Assembly (NCBI RefSeq): GCF_004010195.1
Contig: NC_057719.1
Coordinates: 39,732,252-39,796,251, forward strand
Reading direction: 5' to 3'
DNA from: Chiloscyllium plagiosum
Lineage: Eukaryota
Length of the DNA: 64,000 nt
The position numbers and the translations under genes were made by a program. Every line of letters begins with the position of its first letter. Position 1 is the first letter of the stretch. The notes beneath the pieces are model-generated. The model was not told the origin of the DNA and did not search any database. It saw only the letters and a list, made by a program, of their open reading frames with translations. Positions 37,005 through 49,524 of this stretch are shown here, piece after piece.

Positions 37005-37195
37005 CTTGGAAATGCTGGTGTTGGACTGGGGTTTACAAAGTTAAAAATCACACAATACCAGGTTATAGTCCAACAGTTTTATTTGGAAGCACTAGCTTTC
37101 ATCAGCCTGTCCTGATGAAGGGCTTAAGCCCAAAACATCGATTCTTCTGCTCCTCGGATGCTGCCTGACTGGCTGTGCTTTTCCAGCACCACACC
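37005..37195. mobile_element. Two Penelope-like pLTR pieces of different families, back to back
   Basis: GTTAAAAATCACACAA.ACCAGGTTATAGTCCAAC family (reverse copy at 44775-44895) joined to CCTGATGAAGGGCTTAAGCCCAAAAC, a hammerhead-like piece. Confidence 0.7.
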
Positions 37196-37249
37196 AACAT
37201 TCTTTGGCATATTCTTACCTTTGCTGGTCACATATATCTTCAGACCAGC

Positions 37250-37685
37250 AACATAAGATATCTACTTACCTATCCGAACTGATCCCCTGAGATATATGAT
37301 AATGATGCATGAAGGCATCAAAAGGATGCTCTGGTTTGACTATCATCATCAGGAAGACAAATATCATGATGCAGGATGTTGCCATATGCAGTTCAGCATT
37401 GACATGTGACACTGGAAATTGTTGACAACTTCATCTATTTGGGCATTACAATCAATAGTGATGGGTCACTTGATGCTGAAATCAACTCAAACACATTGCA
37501 ATTATTATGTACAAACTCAGCAAGAGAATGGAAAACATCAGCAATCTGACTGAGACACTAAACTAAGACTACAAAGCCTGAACCCTTAGTGTGGTCCATA
37601 ATAGTGATGAGACGTGGATAACATATGTTGTGCAGGAGAAAAATATGCATCCCCAACATCTCTTGGCAGGACAGGACCACCAACT
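37250..37685 (+). mobile_element. Degraded RTE-clade LINE fragment (RT C-terminal part)
   Basis: TTCATCTATTGGGCATTACAATCAATAGTGATGGGTCACTTGATGCTGAAATCAAC corresponds to an FxYLGSTI...SLDAEIN motif. Confidence 0.6.
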
Positions 37686-37704
37686 GCCAACAGAGTATTT
37701 TTCT

Positions 37705-38045
37705 TATTTATTCATTCATTCGCGGGATGTAGATGTCACTGACTAGGCCAGTATCTATTGCTTATAACTAATTACCCAGATGGCAGTTGAGAGTCAACCA
37801 CATTGCTGTGAATCTGGAGTCACATGCAGACCAGACAAGGTAAGGATAGCAGTTTCCTTCCCTCAAAAATATTAGTGAATCAAGTGGATTTTTCTAACAA
37901 TTAGAAATGGTTTCATGGTCATCACTGGACTCTTAATCCCAGATTTTTAAAATTGAATTTAATAATTCAATTGGGTCCCCAGAACATTACTTAGGTCTCT
38001 GGATTAATAGCCTAGTGATTATACCACTGGGCCATTGTCACCCCC
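37705..38045 (-). mobile_element. Shark SINE2-type element
   Basis: Same family as 860-1470, near full length. Confidence 0.75.
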
Positions 38046-38269
38046 AGCCATGGTTCTGCACACCATATATCATGGTTATTGAGCATCTGTTTTGGGGAAG
38101 GGATACCTTTTGACAGCTGCATCCATGACTTAACAGCCCTCTTCAGAATACTGTCTTCATACTGGATGGGGAGAGATTGAGAAAAGGTGCTCTGAAAATG
38201 GACTGTCCCATCATTCCCCTGTCTAAAAACCACACCCAGTGGCATTATAAATCCCATGGTTATAATGAA

Positions 38270-39960
38270 ATAAAGCTAATCTTGGAACTGGGAATGTGAG
38301 AACACTTGATAACCCAAAGACCTGGAAAGACAAAATCATGGCCCAGAAGCTAGCAAGGCACAACATTGACATCAATAATTTTAGCGAAGAGGAGACAACC
38401 TCTGGGTGGGATACTTGCGTGAGGCCAATGGAGGGCACACCTTCTGGAAAAGGAAGTCATACAGTGACACCCCCATCACAGAGTTGGAACTGGATCTGCA
38501 CTTCATTCTCTGAACCACCATTGGGACTCAATGAGAGGCTGATTAAATCTACACCCACATCTCGGCCATAACCAACATGCCAATCCACTGTCATCAGCGC
38601 ACACACACCAACTTTAGGTTCCAATCATGAAGTGGAGAAAAGGGTCCACTTCAATCTTGACGGAATCCTTGCTTCCATCCTCAGGGACAACAAGATCACT
38701 CTACTCAGTGACTTTAACACCTGAATTAAACATGATTACAAAATTTGGAAAGGAACTAGTGGCACAAATGGTGCTGAGAAGACCAATAGCATCCTGTTCT
38801 TGACCATATGTGCCCAACATGGTCTGTCGTGATGAACATGATCTTCCACGAGAAGAACCAGTTCAAGACTACACGGAGGCACCTGAGATCCAATCATTGG
38901 AATCTTCTGGTCAACATCATTATCCAAGGCAGAGGCCTGAGAAGTGTGCTTGTCACAAGAGCTTTGGAGAGTTCTGAATTTTGCTTGATGGAGCACTGAG
39001 TTATGATAATTAAGTGCCCAGACAGTGGAAGACTGAAAGCACTGGTCAGAGAAAGCTGAAAGATCTGAAACACCAGGATGAGTACCAAAGCATAGTTGCA
39101 CAGTGCACTGGATCAAGTGTCCGTCACTGATGCCATCTATATCCAGGCAAATGGAGAGCAACTTATGTTTGCTGCCCTAGACACCTTCATTCATAAAGGC
39201 ATGGTTTGCTCCATGTCAGAACCAGACTTGGTTTAATGCCAATTACATCCAGATCCACATTCTCAAATGGAAGTGAGCAGCCTTCTGGGACTTAGCAAAG
39301 ATACCCATGTAACCAAATTATGGCAATGTATCACAACTCCATCAGCTCACCTTTCATCTCTGGGTCAAAGGGAATTTTAGAATATGACTATGTACAACCA
39401 GGGTGTAAAGCTGATTATGGAAACTACAGAAAATTTTCCCTCCTATCCATCATTGGTAAGATCTTGGCCTGCATCATCCATAACCATCCTGTCACTGAGA
39501 AGCCCCTTCCAGAAACCCATTGTGGCTTCCAAGCATCCCAGGAAGCTAAGCACATAGTCTTCTGGGCTGGGCAGATTCAGAAGAAAAATCTAGAATTGTT
39601 CCAAATCATTTCATTCTGTTTGGTTGCCCATTGAAATTTGTCACCACCCTGAGACTCCTGCATGACCACTACTGTCCTGAGTGGACGATCTGAAATTGAC
39701 ATATTTTCTTCAAAGCATGGTCAAACAAGGTTGTGCAATTACCCCCACCTTCTTCATCATCTACTTGATTGTCATCATTCTCCTCATCAAAGATGACCAA
39801 ATGCCCAATGTCAGTAACCAATATTCTGTGGACAGGAAGCTTTGCACCCTTGATCACTTCCATATATTCATGACCTTCAGTTTGCAGACAACAGTGTTAG
39901 TGCATTCCATGCAAAACATGCAAAGGATACTGATCTTTTCAACACCTTGTGCTTAAAAGT
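38270..39960 (+). mobile_element. Degraded RTE-clade LINE (APE endonuclease + RT)
   Basis: WNVRTL...LARHNIDI, TVISAHTPT, DYGNYRKFSLLSIIGKILA, LPETHCGF, VKQGCAITPTFFIIY motifs. Confidence 0.8.
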
Positions 39961-40074
39961 CACCAAAAGAAAGCCTTCCACCAACATTCTCAGGCTAATT
40001 GAGCCTCCTATGGTAGATGCTTGGCTCTGGAGTTTCTGCAGCCTTTCCTCTTTCCTAGCAGCCAGCTTTACCAT

Positions 40075-40365
40075 ATGAACAGGAGTAGGCCATTCAGCCC
40101 CTCAAGCCTATTCTGTCATTCACGAGATCATGGCAAATCTGTGTTCTAACTCCATATACCTTCCTTTAACCAATATCCCTTAATATTTTCGTTTAACAAA
40201 AATGTATTTATCTGAGTTTTAAAATTAACAACTTATTTAGCACCAACTGCCATTTGAGGTGAATTTCAAATCTCCACCACCTTCTGTGTGTAGAAGTACT
40301 TCCTAACATCGCTCCTGAATGGTCTGGTCCTAATTTTTAGGCTAAGCCCACAGTTCTAGAATCAG
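40075..40365 (-). mobile_element. CR1-type LINE 3' end
   Basis: AGGAGTAGGCCATTCAGCCCCTCAAGCCT tail in reverse orientation. Confidence 0.75.
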
Positions 40366-41071
40366 TGGAACAAGTGCTATAAAAGGCCTTAGTAAGGCCT
40401 GATACCTTATTTCACTAACTTCACCAGCATTAATATATAAATCTTACATGCTCATGTAGACTTTATATGCCCCCTTGAGGACGATTTAGTTTTGCCTTAA
40501 AATGCTTTCATTTCAAGAGAATAAGAGAACTAGATCTGCTAATATGAAAACTGATTATCAAAGCAGAGATTTGAGTGTGTCAGTCTAACTGAAAATTATG
40601 TTATTTCTGCCTGTGATACAGTAAGCAGTTGCATATAATTTTACATAATGTAACAATTTTAAAGAATACATATAAAATTTTACATATTGCAATTGATTTC
40701 ATACGTAGTATGAAAATACAATTTCTGATACATAATGCACCAAAGCTGATGGATTTTCTTGTCTTTTTTTGGAGCAGCTTTCTGCTAGACTATGCTGCAA
40801 TGCAGTGACACATCAAACATATTTCAACAGTGTCTCCTTCACCACGACCTCTACCATCCAGAAGGACAAGAGCAGCAATATTATCAGAATGCCATCACTA
40901 TCAAGTTCCTCTCAGAGTCACAGATAATGCCTATTTGGTCATAAATTGGTTTCCTTGACCATTGCTGACTAAAAATCCTGAAAATCTTCATTTAATTAAT
41001 TGTGGGATTTTTTTCATCATGAGGATTGCATCAGTTCAAGGTGAAAACAAACTAGGGAAACTAGTCAATAA

Positions 41072-41730
41072 GATCATAAGATGTTAGAGCAGAAGTAGGC
41101 CATTCAGCCCATTGAGTCTGTTCCACCATTCATTGAGATCATGGCTGATCTGATAATCCTCAATTCCATTTTTCTGTTTATCTCCATAACTCTTGATTCC
41201 CTTACTGATTATAAATCTGGATATCTCAGTCTTGAATCTGCTTAATGACCAAGCCTTGACAGATGATGGCAGTAAAGAATTCCAGATTCACTACCCTCAG
41301 ACAGGAGAAATTCCTTCTCATCTTTGTCGTAAATGGGTGGTTTCTCATTCTGGGATTATTGTCCTCTGATTATGCCAAGACTCTCCCACAAGGGGAAATA
41401 ACCTCCCCATATCTACCTGGTCAAGCCCTCTAAGAATCTTGTATGTTTCAATACTATACTCTCATACTTGTTAATTTCAATGAGCTTAAATCACTCAACT
41501 GCATAAGAAAATCCCTTCATACCCGAAATAAACCAAATGAACTTTGGACTGTCTCCAACTCCAGTTTATCTTTCCTTAGATAATTGAACCAAAGGTATTC
41601 ACATTGTTCCAGGTGTGGTCTGACCAGTGTCTTTATAATTTAACAAGACTTAACAATTGTTATACTCCACACCCCTTGAAAGGAAAGGCCAATAGTCCAT
41701 TTGCTTTCCACATTACCTACTGAATTTGCA
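41072..41730 (-). mobile_element. CR1-type LINE 3' fragment
   Basis: AGAAGTAGGCCATTCAGCCC tail; TCCAGGTGTGGTCTGACCAG (VRPHLE on the minus strand). Confidence 0.8.
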
Positions 41731-41965
41731 GTTATTCTTTTATTCTTCTGGCCAGATGTTTATTTAGTGGTAGGTGAGCACTTTGGAGAGTGACCGTAAT
41801 TCAGTTACATTTAGTTTAGTGATGGAAAGAGATAGGTACGTGCCACAGAGCAAGAGTTATTGATGGGAGAAAGGCAATTATAATGTGATTAGACAAGACT
41901 TAGGTTACATATAATGTGGTAGCAAAATGGAGGGGATAGGGACAATCGAAATGTGGAGCTGGTTT

Positions 41966-42264
41966 AGATTAGATTACATTAGTTTCCCTACAGTGTGGAA
42001 ACAGGCTCTTTGGCCCAACAAGTCCACACCGACCCTCTGAAGAGTAACTCACCCAGACCCATTTCCCTCTGACCAATGCACCTAACACTATGGGCAATTT
42101 AGCATAGCCAATTCACCTAATCTGCACATCTTTGAACTGTGGGAGGAAGCCCACACAGACACGGGGAGAACGTGCAAATTCCACACAGACAGTCACCCTA
42201 GGCTGGAATTGAACCCGGGTCCCTGGAGTTGTGAGGCAGCAGTGCTAAACACTGAGCCGCCCCC
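41966..42264 (-). mobile_element. HE1-type SINE
   Basis: AGATTAGATT tail; head GGGGCGGCTCAGTGTTTAGCACTGCTGCC on the minus strand. Confidence 0.9.
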
Positions 42265-42268
42265 AAAA
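42265..42268 (-). terminator. Pol III T4 terminator downstream of tRNA-Thr
   Basis: TTTT about 10 nt 3' of the discriminator base on the minus strand. Confidence 0.5.
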
Positions 42269-42277
42269 CTAACCACC

Positions 42278-42351
42278 AGGCCCCAGCGAGGATTGAACTC
42301 GCGACCCCTGGTTTACAAAAACCAGTGCTCTAACCACTGAGCTATGGAGCC
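42278..42351 (-). tRNA. tRNA-Thr(TGT) gene or pseudogene with 8-nt anticodon loop
   Basis: Minus strand GGCTCCATAGCTCAGTGGTTAGAGCACTGGTTTTTGTAAACCAGGGGTCGCGAGTTCAATCCTCGCTGGGGCCT folds as a cloverleaf and closely matches vertebrate tRNA-Thr-TGT. Loop is TTTTGTAA rather than CTTGTAA. Confidence 0.88.
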
Positions 42352-42524
42352 AGTTGCAAAGCTATACTTATGTCAGTATATGAGAATGTGTATCAGTAGA
42401 TCTATACTTTTCATTCCTACTGTTAAGGCCTGTTTGTTGACTTAGATAATTTCGCAAACAGCTCTTTCAGGTTTTGCTGCCTCACCTCTCCCAAATTATG
42501 CCACTCTAAGTGTGTACCTAGTTT

Positions 42525-42780
42525 GATTCATAGAATCCCATTCAGCCCAACTGGTTCACACCAACCCTCTCAAGAGTAACCCACCCAGGCCCAACAATTC
42601 CCTGGACACTATGGGCAACTTAGCAGGCCAATTCACCTAACCTGCACATCTTTGGACTGTGGGAGGAAACCCACACAGACACGGGGAGAATATGCAAACA
42701 GTCACCTGAGGCTGGGATTGAACCTGGGTCCCTGGTTCTGTGAGGCAGCAGTGCTAACCATTGAGCCACCATGCCGCCCT
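42525..42780 (-). mobile_element. HE1-type SINE (older, internally deleted)
   Basis: Head GGGCGGCATGGTGGCTCAATGGTTAGCACTGCTGCC on the minus strand; body matches other copies. Confidence 0.88.
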
Positions 42781-44774
42781 CAAGGAACAAATATTGCGTG
42801 TCAGGCAGGGAAGAAGTGATAAGGTAAGGTAACCGTGGTTTACTATAAAAAATACATCTCTTGTTAAGCAGAAGAAGGAGGTTTATGTGACAATGAGTCG
42901 AGATAGTTCAGATGAGGCGATGGAGAGTTACAGATCAGCTAGGAAGGATTTGAAGAGAGACTTAAGAAGAGCAAAGAGAAGACATGAGCAGTCTTTAGCA
43001 AATAGAATAAAGAATAATCCTAAAGCTTTCTATAGGTATGTGAGTTATAAAAGGACGACTAGGGTAGGAATAGGGCCAGTCAAAGACAGAAGTGAGAAGT
43101 CGTGTGTGGACCCTGTCGAGATCGGAGAGGTGCTAAACAAATATTTCTCATTAGTTTTCACTCAGGAAAGGAGAATATTATAGAGGAGAAAAATGAGATA
43201 CGATATATTAGACTAGAAAGGATCAATTAAAGAAAAGGTGTTATCAATTCTAAAAGGAGTGAAAGTAGGCAAGTCCTCTGGGCCAGATAGGATTTATCTG
43301 AGGATTTTCTGGTAAGCTAGGGAAGAAGTGTTGGAGCCTTTGGCTTTGATCTTTGAGTCATCATTGTCTACAGGTTTAGTACTGGAGGACAGGAGGATTA
43401 CAAATGTTGTGCCCTTGTTCAGGAAGGGCAGTAGAGATGACCGAGGTAACTATAGACCAGTGATTCTTATGTCTGTTGTAGGAAAAGTTTTGGAAAGGAT
43501 TATAAGAGATAGGATTTATAATCATCTAGCAAGCAACAATTTGATGTCACATAGTCAACATGGTTTCGTCAAGGGCAGGTTGTGTCTCACAAACCTCACT
43601 GAGTTTTTGAGAAGGTGACCAAGCATGTGGATGAGGGAAGGGCAGTTAACGTGGTGTACATGGACTTCAGTAAAGCATTTGATAAGGTTCTACATGGTAG
43701 GCTGTTGGAGAAAATGCAGAGGTGTGGGATTGAGGGTGATTTAGCAGTTTGGATTAGAAACTGGCTTTCTGTAAGAAGGCAGCAAGTGGTGGTTGATGGA
43801 AAATATTCAGCCTGGAGTCCGGTTACTAGTAGTGTACCACAAGGATCTGTTTTGGGACCACTGCTGTTTGTCATTTTTATAAATGACTTAGACGCAGAAG
43901 TAGGTGGATGGGTTAGTAAGTTTGCAGATGATACTAAAGTCGGTGGAGTAGTGGACAGTGTGGAAGAATGTTGCAGGTTGCAGGGGGACTTGGAAAAACT
44001 GCAGAATTGGGCTGAGAGGTGGCAAATGGAGTTCAATGCAATAAATGTGAGGTGATGCACTTTGGGAAGAATAACAGGAAGGCAGAATACTGGGTCAATG
44101 GAAAACTTCTTGGCAGTGTGGATGTGCTGAGGGATCTTGAGGTATACAGATCCTTGAAAGTTGCCACCCAAGTTGATAGTACTGTTAAGAAGGCATACGA
44201 TGTGTTAGGTTTTATTGTTTTTGAGTTCCGGAGCCGTAATGTTATGCTGCAAATATACAAAACATTAGTGCGGCCACACTTAGAATATTGTGTACAGTTC
44301 TGGTTGCCCCATTACAGGAAGGATGTGGAAGCATCGGAAAAAGTGTAGAGGAGATTTACCAGGATGTTGCCTGGTCTGGAGGGAAGGTCTTATGAGGAAA
44401 GGCTGAGAGACTTGGGTCTGTTCTCACTGGAAAGAAGAAGGCCATGAGGGGATTTGATAGAGACAAAAAGATGATCAGAGGATTAGATAGGGTAGACAGT
44501 GGATGTCTTTTTCCTAGGATGATGACGTCAGCTTGTACGTGGGGGTATAGCTACAAATTGAGGGGTGATAGATTTAAGACAGTTGTCAGGGCGTGGAATG
44601 CCCTGCCTGCTAATGTAGTTAACTCAGCCACAGTAGGGACACTTAGACAATCCTTAGATAAGCACATGGATGATGATGGGATAGTGTAGGGGGATGGGCT
44701 TAGATTAGTTCACAGGTCGGCGCAACATCGAGGACCGAAGGGCCTGTTCTACACTGTATTGTTCTCTGTTCTAT

Positions 44775-44895
44775 AAAGGAGCAGCACTCCGAAATCTAGG
44801 GCTTCCAAATAAACCTGTTGGACTATAACCTGGTGTTGTGTGATTTTTAAATTTGTCCAACCCAGTTCAACACAGGCACCTCCAAGTCATGGCTA
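44775..44895 (+). mobile_element. Penelope-like pLTR piece with truncated hammerhead (stem II + GAAA)
   Basis: AAGGAGCAGCACTCCGAAA...AAATAAACCTGTTGGACTATAACCTGGTGTTGTGTGATTTTTAA. Confidence 0.6.
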
Positions 44896-44949
44896 CCAAA
44901 TGAAATTAACACAGATGGAATTTGGGACGGAAGGGGGAGTACACTTTTA

Positions 44950-45232
44950 GGGACTGAGAATGGATTAATTGTCACAAAAGCAGAGACTAGGAGTAAACAG
45001 ATCATTCTCTGGATATTGAGCTATAACTAATAGGGTACCGCAAGGATCAGTAATAGGACCAGAACTGTTTGTATTCTATATAAGTGATTTAGATGTGGAA
45101 ATCAATCAGTGCTTCCAGATTTGTTGATGACACCCAACTAAGTGAGAATATAAATTGTGAGGAAGACATAAGGCTTCAAGATGACTTGGACAGGCTAATT
45201 AAATGGGCTAGAACGTGGCACACGGAATAAAT
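44950..45232 (+). mobile_element. CR1-type RT fragment
   Basis: GGGTACCGCAAGGATCAGTAATAGGACC (GVPQGSVIGP) and TTTGTTGATGACACC (FxDDT). Confidence 0.75.
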
Positions 45233-47069
45233 GGAGGTCTGGACTGATTGACCATTGGTTATGCTGCAATTTGTGACAGAATTGGACAAGAAGTCCAGCA
45301 AGGCTGATTTGATGTCATAAGCATTTCCCTTGATCTTTTATGCTTTTCACAAGCTTTATGGCAAGTTTCTCGCTCTGCAGCGATGAGTTGCCAATTAAGA
45401 GGGATTCTTACTTGTTAAACACCTTGTTGATTGCCCAACTTGCCTCATCAGTATTCAGTTTTCTGTCTTACCAAACTCATCAAACTGTCTCATCTGTCAC
45501 CAGACCAGATACCTGTTGAATTCAGCTTACCACTGGCCCCAAATGACTTCTATCTTGGACAATGCACAAAAATATCTCAGGGCAGATTTCATGGGCAGCA
45601 GTCACTGGCACCCAATATCTGCAGACATTGGCATCTGATATGTATCAACCTTTAAGGACCCTCATGGCACATTTCTGATTCAGTTACAGCATTCTTTGGC
45701 ACTTCAATGCTACCCTTTAGGTTGAACTTATCTGCAACTACTGTTGCAACTATCACTGTCATATTGCAGCAAGGACACTGCACTCAGGAACATGAGACCA
45801 GCTCATGGATTGATCCCGACTACAACTCTGGGCTGTTCACTCGTTGTCATAGCGCTTACTCATTCTAAATCTACTTGGATGCACACAGCAGCCCTATCTT
45901 GCATTTCCTTGCCTTGCCTATTTGTGCTTTTTCCCCATCAGGCAGAATAATGGTTTATATTATTTCTGTCTTCCTGTCTCAGACACAAAGGAAGGAAGCT
46001 TGTCATGGTTGATAGCATTCCTGTTCAAGGGAGATTGCCTTCGTTCAGGACATCCTGTTAAATAAGTTAAAGGAAGCCTTCAATATCAGTCCATGGTATT
46101 GGAAATGGTCAGTCTGCCATTCAGGATGGTCAGAGTCAGGATGTTCTCTATATAATGGGTGAGGAGATGAATATTGAGTAACCTACCAACTATCTTACGT
46201 TTTTTTCTGCCTTAATGAGGGCTGCGTTCAGCCTGGAATGAAAGAGAGGCAGATATTCAAGGAATTGAAACTGGGTGGTGCATCTTTTACTTTTAGTGCA
46301 GGTGGGGAGGTGACCTGAGAGAGTGAGTAGGTAGCAGAGGGGCATTTAAGGTTAGTGATATCAGGGTTGAGTGTGTAACAGTGAGTGAGGGAAAATGATT
46401 TGTGAGAGTAGTAGATCATGAGTCTTGGTGAGACATGGATACATGAGGAAAGACAGAGTGAGTGCAAAGTATTGTAGAGAATATGGTAGGATTTACACCA
46501 GTGGAGTGGAGAAGATAATTGATTTCCTTCCAACAGTGCTGTGCATTCTTTCAAGCAGTTGTTACTGTACTGACCCGGGTGGCGATCTTGGACTGGTGTT
46601 GTGGCTTCCATTGCCAGTTCTGAAGGAAAAGAACAAACTCCCTCTGCACCATTCTATTCACCAGGGCCTCCAGGGCACCAATTTCCCCCTGTCTGCCATT
46701 AACGGAGAAAAATCAGGAACCATGCAGGGTAGGGCTGGACTGACAGTACTGGTCCGGGTGCACAATAGCTTTTAAAGATGAAGTGGTCACAAGGGATGCC
46801 TGTGAATTCTAGAAAATCCAAAGAGTGGCAAGTTGTTCTGGGAACAGTATGTTGTATGATGGGACTGGAATTAAATGTGAAGGATGCCATTGGAGTAGTT
46901 AATGAGGCTAAACAAAAACAGAAATTGCTAGAGAAATTCAGCAAGTCTGGCAGCATCTGTGGAGAGAAAAGCAGAGCTAACTTTTTGAGTTTGATAAGGT
47001 ACAGCAAGAAAACTTGCTTGGTCCTACGTTGGAAATCCATCCATAAAACTTAATGCAACTTGAACCTAT

Positions 47070-47855
47070 CCAAAAAAAATAAGATTCAACTCAAATGAAA
47101 TAAGTGTGATGTTATTCACTTCTGGTAGAAAAAAGAATGGAATGGCAGAGTATTTCTTAAATGATGAGAGGTTGGGAAATGCAAAAGGATCTGTGTGGTC
47201 TTGTCTATGAGTCAATAAAAACTAACATGGAGATCCAGCAAGCAATTAACATGACAATCAATATGTTAGCCTTCATTTCAAGGGGAGTTGAGCACGTGAG
47301 TAAAGAAGTCTTCTTGCATTTGCATAGAGTCTCGGTGAGACTTTACCTGGAATATTGTGTGCAGATTTAGTTTCCATATCTAAGGAAGGATGTATCTGTC
47401 AGAGAGGAGGTGTTATGGAGTTTTGCCAGATTAATTCCTGGGATTGCAAGATTGTCTAATTGATGAAACTGGATTTGTATTCTCTGCAGTTTCAAACAAT
47501 GAGAGATGATCTCAGTGAAATTTACAACATCCTTATAGAGAAAGACAGGGTGAGTATAGGCAGGATGTTTACCCTAGCTGGTGCCTTTAGAACCAGAAGA
47601 CATATCTCGGGATAAGAGGCAGGCCTCAGTTTAAGACTGAGGTGAAAAGGAATTTCTTCACTCAGAGGGGTGTGAATCTTTAAAATTCTCCACCCCTAGA
47701 ATTGTGGAAGCTCAATCATTGAGGCGGTTCAAGACATAATCTATTGATTTCTGGAGTCTAATGACATCAAAATGGCAATGAGGGATATTTCTGTCATGAT
47801 CTGGAATGGTGGGGTTGGCTCCATTGGCTAAATGGCCTACTTCTGTCCCTATGTA
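47070..47855 (+). mobile_element. CR1-type LINE 3' half
   Basis: MLAFISRGVE...VRLYLEYCVQI peptide and CR1 3' UTR. Confidence 0.8.
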
Positions 47856-48339
47856 TCCACGTCTAGGTTATATATAAAAAGAGAAGTGGTCCTAATATTG
47901 ACTGAACAAAATATCAAAATTCAAATTGCTTCTAGATGCAAAAATATGAAAATGTAGCTGGGGAAGGAAGCTGGGATTTTTTGACAGATTATACTGGAAT
48001 CAGAAATTTAAAAGTAGTTACAGATGCATTGTGATTCTTTGAAAGCTAACAAAAATTGAAAATCTTTATTTTCTTGCAATTTAAATGCCTTGCAAGATGT
48101 ACTCGGGGAAGTTCAGGTTCATACTCACTATTACAACTGCGTACAAATCCCAAACTACATGTGAGTAATGCCAAAGAAAAGCTTTCAGAGTATTTTTGAA
48201 TGAATGTAATTAAATCTTTTGGTACATAAATGATTATTCTGACTGTGGAATCACAAGCAATAGGATAAATAGAAACCTTAGGCAACAATGGCAGGATCTA
48301 GTCATATTTAAATATGCTTATCCACTCTGTGTATTCTAC

Positions 48340-48995
48340 AAAATAAAAACTGAAAGAACTGTGGATGCTGTAAATCAAAGACAAAAACAGAAATTGTTGG
48401 AAAAGCTCAGCAAATCAGGCAGCTTCTGTGAAGAGAAATCAGAGTTAACATTTTCGGTCCAGTGATCTATCCTCAGAACCCAGCTTTGCTGGAGCATTAC
48501 AGAAAACCTGAGAGAAAGGTGTTGGCCAGGGAACATGGTGGAATGTTAAAGTGGCAGGTAATAGGAAGCTCAGGGTATTTTTTTCAGAAAAGAAAATAGG
48601 TGTTCTGCAAAACAGTCGCCCAGTCTGCACCTCATCTCCCTAGTATAAAACAGATTACATTATAAGCAGTGAATACAGATTCAGTAAAGTGAAGGTAAAT
48701 TGCTGTTTCATCTGGAAGATGTCTGGAGCCTTGGATAGTGAGGAGGGAGGAAGTAAATGGGCAGATGCCACACCTTCTGTGATTGTATGGAAAGTGCTGT
48801 AGTTATGTGGGGAGGTGTTGGGAGTGTTGGAGGAATGGTCACTATGGAAGGCTGACAAGGGAGGGGCAGGGGATATATGTCTGGTGGTGGCATTCCATTG
48901 ATGGTGGTTGAAATGTCAGCTAATGATCCTTTGAATGTGGATGCTGGTGCGTGCTAATTGAGGAACCCTATCACTGTTGTGGAAGGGAGAGCAGT
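48340..48995 (-). mobile_element. Degraded Penelope-like element (GIY-YIG region + pLTR with hammerhead-like core)
   Basis: Minus strand GTTCTGAGGATAGATCACTGGACCGAAAATGTTAAC; peptide FQMKQQFTFT; similar to the 15840-17082 element. Confidence 0.75.
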
Positions 48996-49524
48996 GTTGA
49001 CGGCCAAAGTGTTGGAGATGGGTTAAAACATGAAATCTTTGTGGACTGTTTTCAAAATGTCTGTGGCAAGAGACAGACCAACTGTAAAATTCAGACCAAT
49101 ATTATTTTTCCTCATCTGTTGTTCGCATTTGATCCAAGCAATAGAAATCATCCTGAAATAATTCATCAATACTTTATTCAATATTGAATAGTAAGGGAGA
49201 TTTGTAGCCTTCCATTGTGAATAATGAGATGAGATGAGAGATTTTAATCAAACTCCTAGTTAAGTTGAGTTGTGGGTTGGAGTCATGTGTAGGCTAGACT
49301 AGAAAAAGATGGCAGACTTCCTTCCCTAAAGGAAGGCCAGATGTCTTTTTAAAGATATTCAGCATAATTCCAGGTTCCACTGAATTCACCATCTGCTATG
49401 GTAGTACGCAAACCCATGTCTCACAACATTGGCCTGATGTTGTGGACTGGTAATCCAGTGATACTGTATACTCAATTGCTTGGTGAGAGCATCTGAGAAG
49501 TATCACTTAGTTGTTCTTATCGGA

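Larger units (their letters stand above)
41760..44772 (+). mobile_element. CR1/HER1-type LINE ORF2 (disabled), interrupted at 41966-42780
   Basis: NPKAFYRYV, GNYRPV, SQHGFVKGRLCLTNL, VYMDFSKAFDKV, VPQGSVLGPLLF, KFADDTK, RPHLEYCVQFW motifs; frameshifts. Confidence 0.95.

Noticed and set aside
45240..46900. Possible Harbinger transposase remnant
   Set aside because: Only vague motif resemblance; no DDE motifs could be read reliably.
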